Shown: positions 46,138-55,908, numbered from the stretch's first letter. The stretch is DNA of 64,000 nt from Parcubacteria group bacterium (GCA_016181845.1 JACOYO010000002.1:20780-84779), one strand, 5' to 3'. The notes: generated by a model from the sequence alone, not told the origin. Numbers and translations: made by a program.

Positions 46138-48063
46138 ATGTTTTCTTACCTTCAGAAAAAAATCATTGCGGCAATGCTTGTGGTGGCGATTATATCTCCA
46201 GCGGTGCTTTTAATACAGCCGAAAAAAGCGGAAGCGGCGTGCGGATTTGGTGGCGGAGGGGGTGGAGGCACGCCCGAAACAAATCCAAATATACAGGGAC
46301 CAGTAGACACAAGCGGCATGATTCAGGCTATGCGTCAAATCAAGCCCCGACTTGCTATTCAACGACTTATCGAAGACACACCCCTTGCGGTGAGCGTGTC
46401 AACTAATATTTTTAAATCAGGAGGAGCGTCAACTATTTCCATTCCTCAAACCAGTTTTGACGCAAACGCGCTTGATGGCGGCGCTACATTGGCTCTTGTG
46501 GTAAGCGAACCTGTTTTGCAAGCTATTAATATTGCGCAGAAAGCAATAGAGTGCATTACCTCCATCGCGAGTTCAATAACATCATTTGCGACCGATTCGC
46601 TGGCAATAAAAGAAACCGTGCTTGACGGCATCGCGTACGCAATCATCAATCAAATCATTGCCGATATGTTAAATGATATTCAGCGTTGGGCGATTACCGG
46701 CTTCAAAGGAAACCCTGTATTTTTAACCAACCCTGAACGGTACTTCACCAATTTAGCGGACCAAGTGCTTGGCGTATTTTTAAATAAGCTTGCCGGCGTC
46801 AACTTGTGCAATATCAGATGGAACGCGCTGATTGAAATTTCTCTTAGCATTGATTTGGGATACCAACAGCGTGCGCAATGCACTTTTTCTGAAATAGGCG
46901 CGAATTTTGACCGGTTTATAAATGATTTTTCCCAAGGCGGATGGGGCGCATGGATTAAACTCACCACCGAAACGCAAAATAATCCCTATGGCGCTTATAT
47001 TCTCGCGACAGAAGAACTTGCAAAGCAAACCGGCACGGTCCCGGGCGGACTTCTCGGCAAAAAACTGCTTGAGCTTCAATGGGGCAAGGGCATCATATCT
47101 CTGACGAAGTGTACATACGGAGAAATTTCTCAAAATGATGTGGATTCTGGGTATATCAATGAAAATCTTCCGGCGCTTGATAAATCAACTATTGGAATGT
47201 GTAAAGACGCGCGGGGTAATCCTGACCCCAACGCTACCTCTAACACCACGCCCGGAAATATCATTGAAGATTCCATAAACAAAACACTTGGAGCAACGAC
47301 CGATCGTATTGTGGCGGCTGATGAAATCAACGAGACCATGGCGGCTCTTTTATACGGACTTTTGGTCAAGACATTTTCTTCAAATGAAGGTTTTGCCGGC
47401 GCCGACTGGAGCGGCATATCGTCGCAGATTGGCAGTGGGGCGAGCAATAAAGCGTTTGCCGACGTAAAAAGCGAGATTTTCGCGCGCGTGGATTCGTTTA
47501 CCATAAGCGAGACAGAATTCAAGAAACAAAAAGAACGAGCGCTCGGCGTTTTGAAAGAAAGCGAAAAAGCGTTGAATGAAGTCGCCGCGTGCTACATAGA
47601 CCAAATTACACTCTACAAACAATACCTTGACCCCGCGAATACCCGCCTGCTTTCTATCGGCTCCGGCAATCCATTTTTGCAGTTTGTGCAGGCGGAAGCC
47701 GAACAAAAAATACAGCAGAGCCGCGATACGCTTGCGCAAAAAATAACTCCGCGCGTGGCGCCGCTCCAAAATAGCGTCACGCAATCAAACGTATTTCTTT
47801 ATGAAATAGAGCAGACGCGCGCGACGATTGTTTCAGCAGATACATTTAACAAACTGGATGAAAAGACCAAGATATTTTTTGAGACGCGCGACCGATGGGA
47901 CGACCCGCTTGAAGCGGCGGCGGCGGAAAATGAAGCGGACTCCATCAAAACCGAGATTGAACCGATTACCGCGCAGGCAAAAGCAGATTTGCCGCCATGT
48001 CAAACAACTCGCCAGCAGATGCGCGACTTTTTCAAGATAAACGACATACAGCCCGCGGCGTGA
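46138..48063 (+). CDS. large secreted hypothetical protein (signal/TM, poly-Gly CGFGGGGGGG), first gene of the T4SS-like block
   Basis: ORF track; composition. Confidence 0.5.
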   Translation: MFSYLQKKIIAAMLVVAIISPAVLLIQPKKAEAACGFGGGGGGGTPETNPNIQGPVDTSGMIQAMRQIKPRLAIQRLIEDTPLAVSVSTNIFKSGGASTISIPQTSFDANALDGGATLALVVSEPVLQAINIAQKAIECITSIASSITSFATDSLAIKETVLDGIAYAIINQIIADMLNDIQRWAITGFKGNPVFLTNPERYFTNLADQVLGVFLNKLAGVNLCNIRWNALIEISLSIDLGYQQRAQCTFSEIGANFDRFINDFSQGGWGAWIKLTTETQNNPYGAYILATEELAKQTGTVPGGLLGKKLLELQWGKGIISLTKCTYGEISQNDVDSGYINENLPALDKSTIGMCKDARGNPDPNATSNTTPGNIIEDSINKTLGATTDRIVAADEINETMAALLYGLLVKTFSSNEGFAGADWSGISSQIGSGASNKAFADVKSEIFARVDSFTISETEFKKQKERALGVLKESEKALNEVAACYIDQITLYKQYLDPANTRLLSIGSGNPFLQFVQAEAEQKIQQSRDTLAQKITPRVAPLQNSVTQSNVFLYEIEQTRATIVSADTFNKLDEKTKIFFETRDRWDDPLEAAAAENEADSIKTEIEPITAQAKADLPPCQTTRQQMRDFFKINDIQPAA

Positions 48064-48065
48064 TT

Positions 48066-48144
48066 AGACGTCCGACCTCTGAATTGGTAAAAAATCGGCA
48101 TTAGCCGCAAATAAAGTAATTACCACATCAGAGGTCGAACGTCT
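48066..48144 (+). repeat. family-A element copy 5, immediately upstream of the VirB6-like gene
   Basis: Direct comparison. Confidence 0.85.
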
Positions 48145-48163
48145 TAAAAAACAATATATTACC

Positions 48164-50038
48164 ATGAAGAAATTTATTATCACCATAATGCTCATCAGTG
48201 TCCTCGGAGGGATATTTTCTCCGTCGGTTGTTCGGGCGGGTCCTCTAGACGCTGTTGTCGAAGCCACTACAGGGTCTTTTATAAATGACGCGATGATAAA
48301 TCTTGCTGATAAATGGCTTTCGCTCATGGCGCGCGGGCTATATCTTTCCGGAGCATTGCTCGATGCGTCCATTGATTTTTCTCTCAACAAACTCAAAGAA
48401 TATACCAAGGGTTCGGTAAGCAAAGCATGGGCGGCGGGACGCGATATTGCCAATATCTTTTTTATATTCATTTTGCTCTACATTGCCATCGCGACTATTT
48501 TGCAGATTGAAGGATTCGGTACCAAATCGCTTTTAGTCAGAGTGGTGCTTGTCGCGCTTTTGGTAAATTTCAGCTTGGTGATTACCCAGGTGGTGATAGA
48601 TGCCTCAAATGTGCTTGCCGTTGCGCTGTTTGAAAATATTAAAGGCGGCAATAGCGATGTGTCAATTGCCTTTATGAGGGGATTGCGACTGGAATCATTG
48701 TACGATATAGGAAAAAAAGGAACAGATGTTGCCTTTTCCTTTACGCCCGCGCAAATGTTGACAGTCATGGTATTCGGTTCGCTCTTCATTTTAGTTGCCT
48801 CGTTTGTCTTTCTTGCCGCCGCCGTTTTGTTTGTTACGCGGAGCGTCGTTCTCATTTTCTTGATGATCCTTTCTCCGCTTGCTTTTTTGGCATGGGTACT
48901 GCCCGGCACATCAGGATATGCTCAAAAATGGTGGGAGACGCTTCTTCACCAGTCGTTTTTCGCGCCGGCGTATCTTTTTGTGATTACCGCTGTGCTCTTG
49001 GTACTGCAAGGCAATGCACAAGGAGGGGTTGAAGCGGTGACCAAAGGCAAAGTTTTGGACACTAGCGGAAATACTTTTGTGGGAGCATTGATTAGTTCAA
49101 ATAAGGATAGTTTTGGCATTATTCTTAACTTTGCCATTCTGATTGGGATGATACTCGCGGCGCTTATCGTCGCAAAAAGCATGGGGGCGTACGGCGCCGA
49201 AACAGTGATAAAATGGGGGCACAACGCGCGGAAATGGGGGCAGGGAGCCGTCGGCAGAAATACGGTCGGGCGTTTGGCAAGCATAATGGCAGAATCCGGC
49301 GCAATGAAAGGTATTGCGGCAAAAGCTCCTCGCCTCGGCAGTTTGATGTACGGCACGCTTGATGCCGCCAGCGGTTATGGTTTTGGCGGCGCGGCCGGAG
49401 GTTATCGCGGCGCCGTTGAGAGAGAAGCAAAACGCCGTGTTGCCATTGGCAAGAGAATTGCCGGCGGAGAAGGAGGAAAAGAGCGACTGCAAGCATACAA
49501 GGAGAATCTTGAGAAAAAACCACTTATATCTCGCGTGGCGTCGGGGGCAATCGCCGGAACGATGTTTGCTCCTGGCGTTGGAACGGTTGTTGGCGGCGCT
49601 GTTGCAGGGCTCGGCGCTATGATGCCGCGGCGAGAAGGAGAAAAAATGGCGGTCAAGAAATTAAATGAATATCAGGCGATGGAAGACAAATTAAGTCGTA
49701 GAATGGAGCAGGATATGACCACCCTGCAAGCAAGCGCCGGTCTTTCGCCCGGTGATTTACAGGGACTTGATAAAGATAAGCAAATTGAAAAACTTGGTTC
49801 AGCTGTTGAGGCAACGATAGACAAACTAAATAAAGAATTGCAAAATCTTTCTTTACAGCTACAAACAAGCGGTCCAACTGAAACGTTAAATAAACAGATA
49901 CAGGCGACCAAGCAAGGCATACGAGATATACGAAATACCCAGAGAGATATTGAAAATTCACGAGATAAGCTTAATACGGCACAGAACTGGAGAGAAAAGA
50001 AAGAAGAGAAAAAAGAAGCAACAAGTAAAGAAAAATAA
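48164..50038 (+). CDS. polytopic membrane protein, VirB6/TrbL-like, with long Gly-rich/coiled-coil C-terminal tail
   Basis: Signal peptide then five or more TM helices; topology typical of VirB6/TrbL; genomic context with VirB4 and PrgI-like. Confidence 0.5.
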   Translation: MKKFIITIMLISVLGGIFSPSVVRAGPLDAVVEATTGSFINDAMINLADKWLSLMARGLYLSGALLDASIDFSLNKLKEYTKGSVSKAWAAGRDIANIFFIFILLYIAIATILQIEGFGTKSLLVRVVLVALLVNFSLVITQVVIDASNVLAVALFENIKGGNSDVSIAFMRGLRLESLYDIGKKGTDVAFSFTPAQMLTVMVFGSLFILVASFVFLAAAVLFVTRSVVLIFLMILSPLAFLAWVLPGTSGYAQKWWETLLHQSFFAPAYLFVITAVLLVLQGNAQGGVEAVTKGKVLDTSGNTFVGALISSNKDSFGIILNFAILIGMILAALIVAKSMGAYGAETVIKWGHNARKWGQGAVGRNTVGRLASIMAESGAMKGIAAKAPRLGSLMYGTLDAASGYGFGGAAGGYRGAVEREAKRRVAIGKRIAGGEGGKERLQAYKENLEKKPLISRVASGAIAGTMFAPGVGTVVGGAVAGLGAMMPRREGEKMAVKKLNEYQAMEDKLSRRMEQDMTTLQASAGLSPGDLQGLDKDKQIEKLGSAVEATIDKLNKELQNLSLQLQTSGPTETLNKQIQATKQGIRDIRNTQRDIENSRDKLNTAQNWREKKEEKKEATSKEK

Positions 50039-50040
50039 TT

Positions 50041-50607
50041 ATGCCACAGTATACAAAAGAACAATTTGAAGAAAAATTTAACGCTCTTCCGAAAGATATA
50101 CAGGAGGCCATTGTTGCGTCCGATACCGAAAATACGATTAGAGGTATCGGGCAAAAATATCACCTGCATATTGACCAAATCGGAGAATTGATGGAAGCAA
50201 CCGATTTTGTGATGCTCGGCGTGTCGCCACCGAAAGAATATATCCGCGATTTATACCAACGATTTGAATCGGAAGATAAAGAAAAAGTGCGGCAAATCGC
50301 GCATGACGTAAATGAGCAGGTGTTTCAAAAAATCAAAGAGTCTCTCAAGCAGATTCATAATGTAGAAAATGAAACACAAAACATGAAACATGAAACACCA
50401 ATGACTGCGGAACCGCCAAGGACAACAGAATCAAAAGATGAAATAGTTGAAAAAATAGAATTCCCAGAAAAAGAAGAAAAGGATATCGTAAAAGAAAAAC
50501 TTCAGGCGATGAACGTTATGCCGAAAGCGGAATCGGAGTATGAAATGAAACCGGATGGAGGCAACAAGAAAAAATGGAGCGCCGACCCGTATCGCGAACC
50601 GATTTGA
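50041..50607 (+). CDS. acidic hypothetical protein
   Basis: ORF track. Confidence 0.45.
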   Translation: MPQYTKEQFEEKFNALPKDIQEAIVASDTENTIRGIGQKYHLHIDQIGELMEATDFVMLGVSPPKEYIRDLYQRFESEDKEKVRQIAHDVNEQVFQKIKESLKQIHNVENETQNMKHETPMTAEPPRTTESKDEIVEKIEFPEKEEKDIVKEKLQAMNVMPKAESEYEMKPDGGNKKKWSADPYREPI

Positions 50608-50658
50608 ATAGGCAAATCCTATTCAAATCGGTTCGCGAGAATCAAGAATCAAGTTAGT

Positions 50659-51105
50659 AAAAATGAAAAAGGAAAAACGAAAAATGCAAAACAACAACTT
50701 AAAAATAAAAACAGACCTAAAAAAAACGAGCCTATATATTTGCCATTGATATTATAAAGATGATTGATTTTATTGATAAAAAAGATTTTACGATACAAGT
50801 TATTTCTAAACAATTAATTAGAAGCGCCACCAGTATTGGATCAAATATCATTGAAGCTCAAGCGGGTAGTACAAAAAAAGACTTTACTAATTTTTTTAGT
50901 TACGCTTTGAAATCTGCGAATGAAAGTAAGTTCTGGCTCGGACTCTTAAGGGATTCTGGTAAAGGAAATAAAGAAAAGTGCAATAAATTACTGCAGGAAA
51001 CGATAGAATTATCAAATATGTTAGGATCAAGTATACTTACTTTGAAAGGGAAAAAGAAATTTTAAATTTTATGTTGTTGTTTTGCATTTTTCATTTTTAA
51101 TTTTA
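50659..51105. mobile_element. family-B inverted repeats (left 50659-50712, right 51063-51105) bracketing a four-helix-bundle gene: candidate small cargo element
   Basis: GAAAAATGCAAAACAACAACTT versus reverse complement of ATGTTGTTGTTTTGCATTTTTC (20/22). Confidence 0.4.
50760..51065 (+). CDS. four-helix-bundle protein (TIGR02436-like; the family encoded in 23S rRNA intervening sequences)
   Basis: QLIRSATSIGSNIIEAQAGSTKKDFTNFFSYALKSANESKFWLGLL matches the family core. Confidence 0.65.
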   Translation: MIDFIDKKDFTIQVISKQLIRSATSIGSNIIEAQAGSTKKDFTNFFSYALKSANESKFWLGLLRDSGKGNKEKCNKLLQETIELSNMLGSSILTLKGKKKF

Positions 51106-51117
51106 CGCTTCTATTTT

Positions 51118-51570
51118 ATGCGTTACGAAGTCCCACAATTTATTGAGGTTGAAGACAAAGTGTTTGGTCCGCTGACCATCAAACAGTTTTTGTATTTGGT
51201 GGGCGGAGCCGGAGTCGCGTATCTCATTTGGGTTTCTCTGCCGACTTTTTTTGCCGTTCTCTTTATCGTTCCAGTTGCGGCATTGGCTTTATCGCTTGCT
51301 TTTTATCAGGTGAACAATCGTCCGTTTGTGCAGATTATTGAAAACAGCGTGCAATATTTTTTCAGCAACAAACTCTACCTCTGGAAAAAAGAACCGAAAA
51401 AAAACGCGCGCGAAACGGCGGCGGACATATCAAAAAATGAACCCTCATATATCCCGAAACTGTCAGAAAGCAAACTAAAAGATATCGCCTGGGGGCTTGA
51501 CGTACATGAAAGTTTGTATGCCGGCACGGACACGGAAAAGAGAAAAAAAGAAAAAGTGTTTAGAACATGA
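51118..51570 (+). CDS. PrgI-like conjugation/T4SS membrane protein
   Basis: MRYEVPQFIEVEDKVFGPLTIKQFLYL N-terminus plus two TM helices. Confidence 0.5.
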   Translation: MRYEVPQFIEVEDKVFGPLTIKQFLYLVGGAGVAYLIWVSLPTFFAVLFIVPVAALALSLAFYQVNNRPFVQIIENSVQYFFSNKLYLWKKEPKKNARETAADISKNEPSYIPKLSESKLKDIAWGLDVHESLYAGTDTEKRKKEKVFRT

Positions 51571-51585
51571 AACCTAAAATAATTT

Positions 51586-51672
51586 TGAATTTCCAATTTT
51601 GAATTTTGAATAAATTTTGAATGTCTTAATTTAAAATTAGAATTTGATTCAAAATTCAAAATTGGAAATTCA
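51586..51672. repeat. AT-rich ~27-bp-arm inverted repeat (TTGAATTTCCAATTTTGAATTTTGAA ... TTCAAAATTCAAAATTGGAAATTCAA)
   Basis: Read directly, between PrgI-like and VirB4 N-terminal genes. Confidence 0.7.
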
Positions 51673-51681
51673 AAACTCAAC

Positions 51682-52326
51682 ATGACTAAAGAAACCACCC
51701 AACAATTTGTTCCAATCAAAGAAGTGCGCGACGGCGTCGTGGTGCTTCGCGACGGCTCGCTCCGCACCGTGCTTATGGCATCGTCGCTCAACTTCGCGCT
51801 GAAATCGGCGGATGAACAGGAGGCGATTACTTCTCAATTTCAAAATTTTCTAAACTCGCTTGAATTTTCCGTTGAATTCTACATCCAATCTCGGCGGCTT
51901 GACATCAGGCCGTATATCGCGCTTCTGGAAGAGCGGATGAAAGAACAGACGAATGATTTGGTAAAAATCCAGACTCACGAATATATCGGTTTCATAAAAA
52001 ATTTTACCGAATCAACCGACATAATGAGCAAAAATTTTTTTATCATCATTCCGTATGCGGCGTCTATTTTCCAGGACAAAAAGAAGATGGGAGGATTTTT
52101 CGGAAAGAAAGCTCCGGCGGAAGTTGAAAAGAAAAATGAAGCGGAACAATTTGAAGAAAGCCGCACCCAGCTTGAACAGCGCTCGGCGATTGTCTCACAA
52201 GGACTTTCCCGCGCAGGGGTCAGGGTGGCGATGCTCGGGACCGAAGAAATTATAGAATTGTTTTACAAAATATTTAACCCGGGGGAGCTTGAGAAACCGA
52301 TTGTTTCAGATGACGGTATGCAATAA
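51682..52326 (+). CDS. VirB4/TrsE-family N-terminal domain protein
   Basis: QFVPIKEVRDGVVVLRDGSLRTVLMASSLNFALKSADEQEAI resembles conjugative ATPase N-termini; same frame as the next ORF, separated by TAATAA. Confidence 0.55.
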   Translation: MTKETTQQFVPIKEVRDGVVVLRDGSLRTVLMASSLNFALKSADEQEAITSQFQNFLNSLEFSVEFYIQSRRLDIRPYIALLEERMKEQTNDLVKIQTHEYIGFIKNFTESTDIMSKNFFIIIPYAASIFQDKKKMGGFFGKKAPAEVEKKNEAEQFEESRTQLEQRSAIVSQGLSRAGVRVAMLGTEEIIELFYKIFNPGELEKPIVSDDGMQ

Positions 52327-52335
52327 TAAAATATC

Positions 52336-54150
52336 ATGGCATTATTTGATTTTCTAAAAAAGAAAAAAACAGAAGAAGCGATTACGCCGATTTTGCCGCA
52401 GGAAATTTATGAAGCGGCAACGCTTGAATTGAAAGATATTCTGGCGCCGTCGGCGCTCAAGATTTCTCCGCGCGAAATAAATCTCGGAGAAAAAATAGCC
52501 CGCACTTTTTTTGTCATTTCATATCCGCGGTTTCTTACGGACAATTGGTTTTCTCCGATTATCAATCTTGACAAAGTATTTGATGTCGCTATTTACGTGC
52601 ACGCGATTGAAACGCAAAAAGTGCTCCGTCAATTCCAAAAAAAGGTCGCGGAAGTGGAAAGTCAGATAAATATCCGCGAGGAAAAAGGGCTTGTCCGCGA
52701 CCCGGAACTTGACGCGGCGTACCGAAATCTTGAAGCGCTCCGAGATAAACTCCAGCAGGCGGAGGAAAAATTGTTTGATGTCGGACTCTACATCACTATT
52801 TACGGCTCTACGAGCGAAGAGTTGGATAAAGTGGAGTCAACCATCAAATCCATTCTTGAATCAAAATTGGTTTTTTTGAAACCGGCGCTCTTCCAGCAGG
52901 AGGCGGGGTTCATGAGCGTCTTGCCGCTTGGCGACGACCGGCTCCTTGTGCATTCAAAACTCAATTCTTCACCTCTAGCGAGTATGTTTCCATTCGTGTC
53001 GTTTGACCTGACATCTGATAAAGGAATTTTGTACGGCATCAACCGTCACAATTCTTCCCTTATTTTGTTTGACCGCTTCTCGCTTGAAAACTATAACTCG
53101 GTTATTTTTGCGAAAGCCGGTTCCGGCAAGTCGTACGCGACGAAGCTTGAAATTTTGCGGTCGCTTATGTTTGATACCGATGTTATCGTGATTGACCCCG
53201 AACGTGAATATGAATATCTGGCGGAAGCGATGGGCGGACGGTATTTTAATATCTCGCTTTCATCAGAGCATCACATCAATCCGTTTGACCTCCCCGTTCC
53301 ACGTGAAGACGAAGCGCCTTCCGATGTGCTCCGTTCACATATCATCAATTTAGTCGGACTCTTCCGCCTCATGCTGGGCGGACTTACCCCCGAGGAAGAT
53401 TCAATCGTTGACCGCGCCATTACCGAAACATACGCGCTAAAAGATATTACGCCAGCGACGAATTTCGGCAATGTCATGCCTCCGCTTTTGTCTGATTTTG
53501 AATTGGTCCTTGCCGGTATGGAAGGCGCCGAATCGCTCGTGTCGCGCCTGTCAAAATATACCAAAGGTACGTGGGCCGGTTTTATCAATCGTCCGACCAA
53601 TGTTGATATCAATAAAAAATTCGTCGTGTTTTCCGTGCGCGATATGGAAGACGACCTGAAGCCGGTCGCAATGTATATTATCACGCACTATATCTGGAAT
53701 GCTGTCCGCAAAACGCTCCGCAAGCGGCTCTTGGTGATTGATGAAGCGTGGTGGATGATGAAAGCCGAAGACACCGCGTCGTTTTTGTTCGGCATCGCGA
53801 AACGTTCGCGCAAATACTATCTCGGGCTCGCGACCATTACCCAGGACGTCGGCGATTTTTTGAAATCTCCGTATGGTTTGCCCATCATTACCAACTCGTC
53901 TCTTCAGCTTTTGCTCAAGCAGTCGCCAGCGATTATTGACGAGGTGCAAAAAACTTTTAACCTGACCGAGGAAGAAAAATTTTTGCTTCTTGAATCCGAT
54001 GTCGGCGAGGGAATCTTTTTTGCCGGATTGAAACACGTGGCGATTAAAATCATCGCTTCATACACCGAAGACCAGATTATTACTTCCGACCCGGCGCAAC
54101 TCTTGGCCATCAAACGCGCCAAAGAAGAGCTGAAACAAGCGGAAACATAA
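52336..54150 (+). CDS. VirB4/TraC/CagE-family type IV secretion ATPase
   Basis: Walker A AKAGSGKSYATK, Walker B LLVIDEAWWMM, VIVIDPEREY. Confidence 0.8.
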   Translation: MALFDFLKKKKTEEAITPILPQEIYEAATLELKDILAPSALKISPREINLGEKIARTFFVISYPRFLTDNWFSPIINLDKVFDVAIYVHAIETQKVLRQFQKKVAEVESQINIREEKGLVRDPELDAAYRNLEALRDKLQQAEEKLFDVGLYITIYGSTSEELDKVESTIKSILESKLVFLKPALFQQEAGFMSVLPLGDDRLLVHSKLNSSPLASMFPFVSFDLTSDKGILYGINRHNSSLILFDRFSLENYNSVIFAKAGSGKSYATKLEILRSLMFDTDVIVIDPEREYEYLAEAMGGRYFNISLSSEHHINPFDLPVPREDEAPSDVLRSHIINLVGLFRLMLGGLTPEEDSIVDRAITETYALKDITPATNFGNVMPPLLSDFELVLAGMEGAESLVSRLSKYTKGTWAGFINRPTNVDINKKFVVFSVRDMEDDLKPVAMYIITHYIWNAVRKTLRKRLLVIDEAWWMMKAEDTASFLFGIAKRSRKYYLGLATITQDVGDFLKSPYGLPIITNSSLQLLLKQSPAIIDEVQKTFNLTEEEKFLLLESDVGEGIFFAGLKHVAIKIIASYTEDQIITSDPAQLLAIKRAKEELKQAET

Positions 54151-54154
54151 ATCT

Positions 54155-54634
54155 ATGGCAACAAACACACCACCCACTGTCGGCAATGAAATTGTTCAAA
54201 GGGCTCCTTCTCCCGCGCGTTTTCTTCGCGCTCGCGCTCGGGCGCGGCAAAAAGCTGTGTCCGATGAAAGCGATGAAGAAAAAAAAGCGCAAGCCGCCGG
54301 ACAATCACAAAAATTAACCGGCGCCGGATTCACTATTATGATACTTCTTGCGCTTGTCAAAGATTTTTTTGACATTATCGCCAGCGCGAGCGTTGTGTTG
54401 GCATTTCTCTCAACTATTGCCGGAGTGTCGGTTGCGTTTATTATTTTTCTATATCTTTTTTTCAACAACGTTTCATTTACCGCGCGGAAACTTACCGTTT
54501 TGCTCGCGATGTTTCTTATAGAAAGCGTCCCATTCTTAGCGCTATTGCCGACGACGACAATCAGTTTGCTTATCGTGCGCTATTTGGAACACAACGCCGC
54601 CGTCAAGCGAATCGGGGAACGTTTTGCCGCATAA
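54155..54634 (+). CDS. three-TM membrane protein, T4SS-associated by context
   Basis: Hydrophobicity pattern; position after VirB4. Confidence 0.45.
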   Translation: MATNTPPTVGNEIVQRAPSPARFLRARARARQKAVSDESDEEKKAQAAGQSQKLTGAGFTIMILLALVKDFFDIIASASVVLAFLSTIAGVSVAFIIFLYLFFNNVSFTARKLTVLLAMFLIESVPFLALLPTTTISLLIVRYLEHNAAVKRIGERFAA

Positions 54635-54660
54635 AACGGCGTTATGGTTGGCGTATTGTA

Positions 54661-54805
54661 CCTTGAATTACGAAACTCTTTTTTTGACACCGCTCGGCCG
54701 CTTCCAGCGGCGGCCTAGCTTGTCCTCGGGCTCGGATTTTGCTTCGCAAAAACCAAGCTCCTCGCCCTGCGGCCGTATCAAAAAAAGAGTTTCGTAATTC
54801 ATAAT
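54661..54805. repeat. family-C palindrome arms (GAATTACGAAACTCT / AGAGTTTCGTAATTC) enclosing a 110-bp GC-rich insert (54676-54785)
   Basis: Arms match 14876/27445; insert GC visibly far above surrounding sequence. Confidence 0.7.
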
Positions 54806-54848
54806 ATGGTAATTCAAAATATGATATACTATTGAATAATACGATGAC

Positions 54849-55886
54849 ATGCCTCACAAATTAAATACAATCTTTTTTCTGTTGTGCTCCGCTGTTTTTT
54901 TGGCGATGCCCGCGCTTGGCTTCGCCGCTCTTTTGCCGAACGGAGAGCCGCTCTTAATTATTGCGAATCCGGAAAATCCAAAACCATTTGACACGGTGAC
55001 CGCACGCGTTGAAAGTTTTCGGTTTGATGTCTCCAGAAGCGTGATTACATGGTATGTAAACGGAAAAAAGACGGCTTCAGGAATTGGGAAAACACAAATA
55101 TCATTTTCAGCTGGAGGCGGAGGCAAAGAAACAACCGTTGAAGTCGTGGCTCAATCGGAAACCTCCGGCGTGTTCAACCAGACGCTTGTGTTTCGCCCCG
55201 CGGACGTCGCTCTTTTATGGGAGGCAGATACCTATACTCCTCCTTTTTATCAAGGGAAAGCGCTCGCGTCGTCCGCGGCAAGAATCAAAATTACCGCTTT
55301 TCCGGAATTTACAGATAGCTCGGGCCGCGCCGTTTCTCCGCGCAATCTTGTGTACCAATGGCAGGTTGACGGCTCAAATCTGCCGAATCAATCGGGCTAC
55401 GGAGCGCGAACAATCACCGTGACCGGCGCTCGGATTTATAGAGATACCGAAATATCCGTTGAAGTGTCTTCCGTTGACAGAAGTATCGTTGCTCAAAAAA
55501 TATTGATTATCCCCTCAACCGACCCGAAACTCGTACTGTATGAAAATCATCCGCTGGAAGGAGTGAAATACTCGCAAGCGCTTTCTTCTTCATTTTCGCT
55601 TTCGGAACCCGAGGTGAGCATACGCGCGGAGCCGTACTTTTTTTCAGATATTGGTACTCTTGATTACGGATGGTTTCTCAACAACGAGCCGGTCACGGTG
55701 GACCGGAATGAATGGAATAATATAACTCTGCGCCAAGAAAGCGGCTCTGCCGGCGTGTCGCGTGTCAGCCTTGATGTGCGCGGAATAAGCGGCATACGCG
55801 GGCGTATATTGCAAAACGCGGCGGCGGCGCTCCTTATTTATTTCGGTGGACAAGGAGCGGGCGCTGGAGGATTTTTTGGGCAATAG
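54849..55886 (+). CDS. secreted hypothetical protein
   Basis: Signal peptide; ORF track. Confidence 0.5.
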   Translation: MPHKLNTIFFLLCSAVFLAMPALGFAALLPNGEPLLIIANPENPKPFDTVTARVESFRFDVSRSVITWYVNGKKTASGIGKTQISFSAGGGGKETTVEVVAQSETSGVFNQTLVFRPADVALLWEADTYTPPFYQGKALASSAARIKITAFPEFTDSSGRAVSPRNLVYQWQVDGSNLPNQSGYGARTITVTGARIYRDTEISVEVSSVDRSIVAQKILIIPSTDPKLVLYENHPLEGVKYSQALSSSFSLSEPEVSIRAEPYFFSDIGTLDYGWFLNNEPVTVDRNEWNNITLRQESGSAGVSRVSLDVRGISGIRGRILQNAAAALLIYFGGQGAGAGGFFGQ

Positions 55887-55908
55887 CAGTACATAAAAAA
55901 ATATAAAA

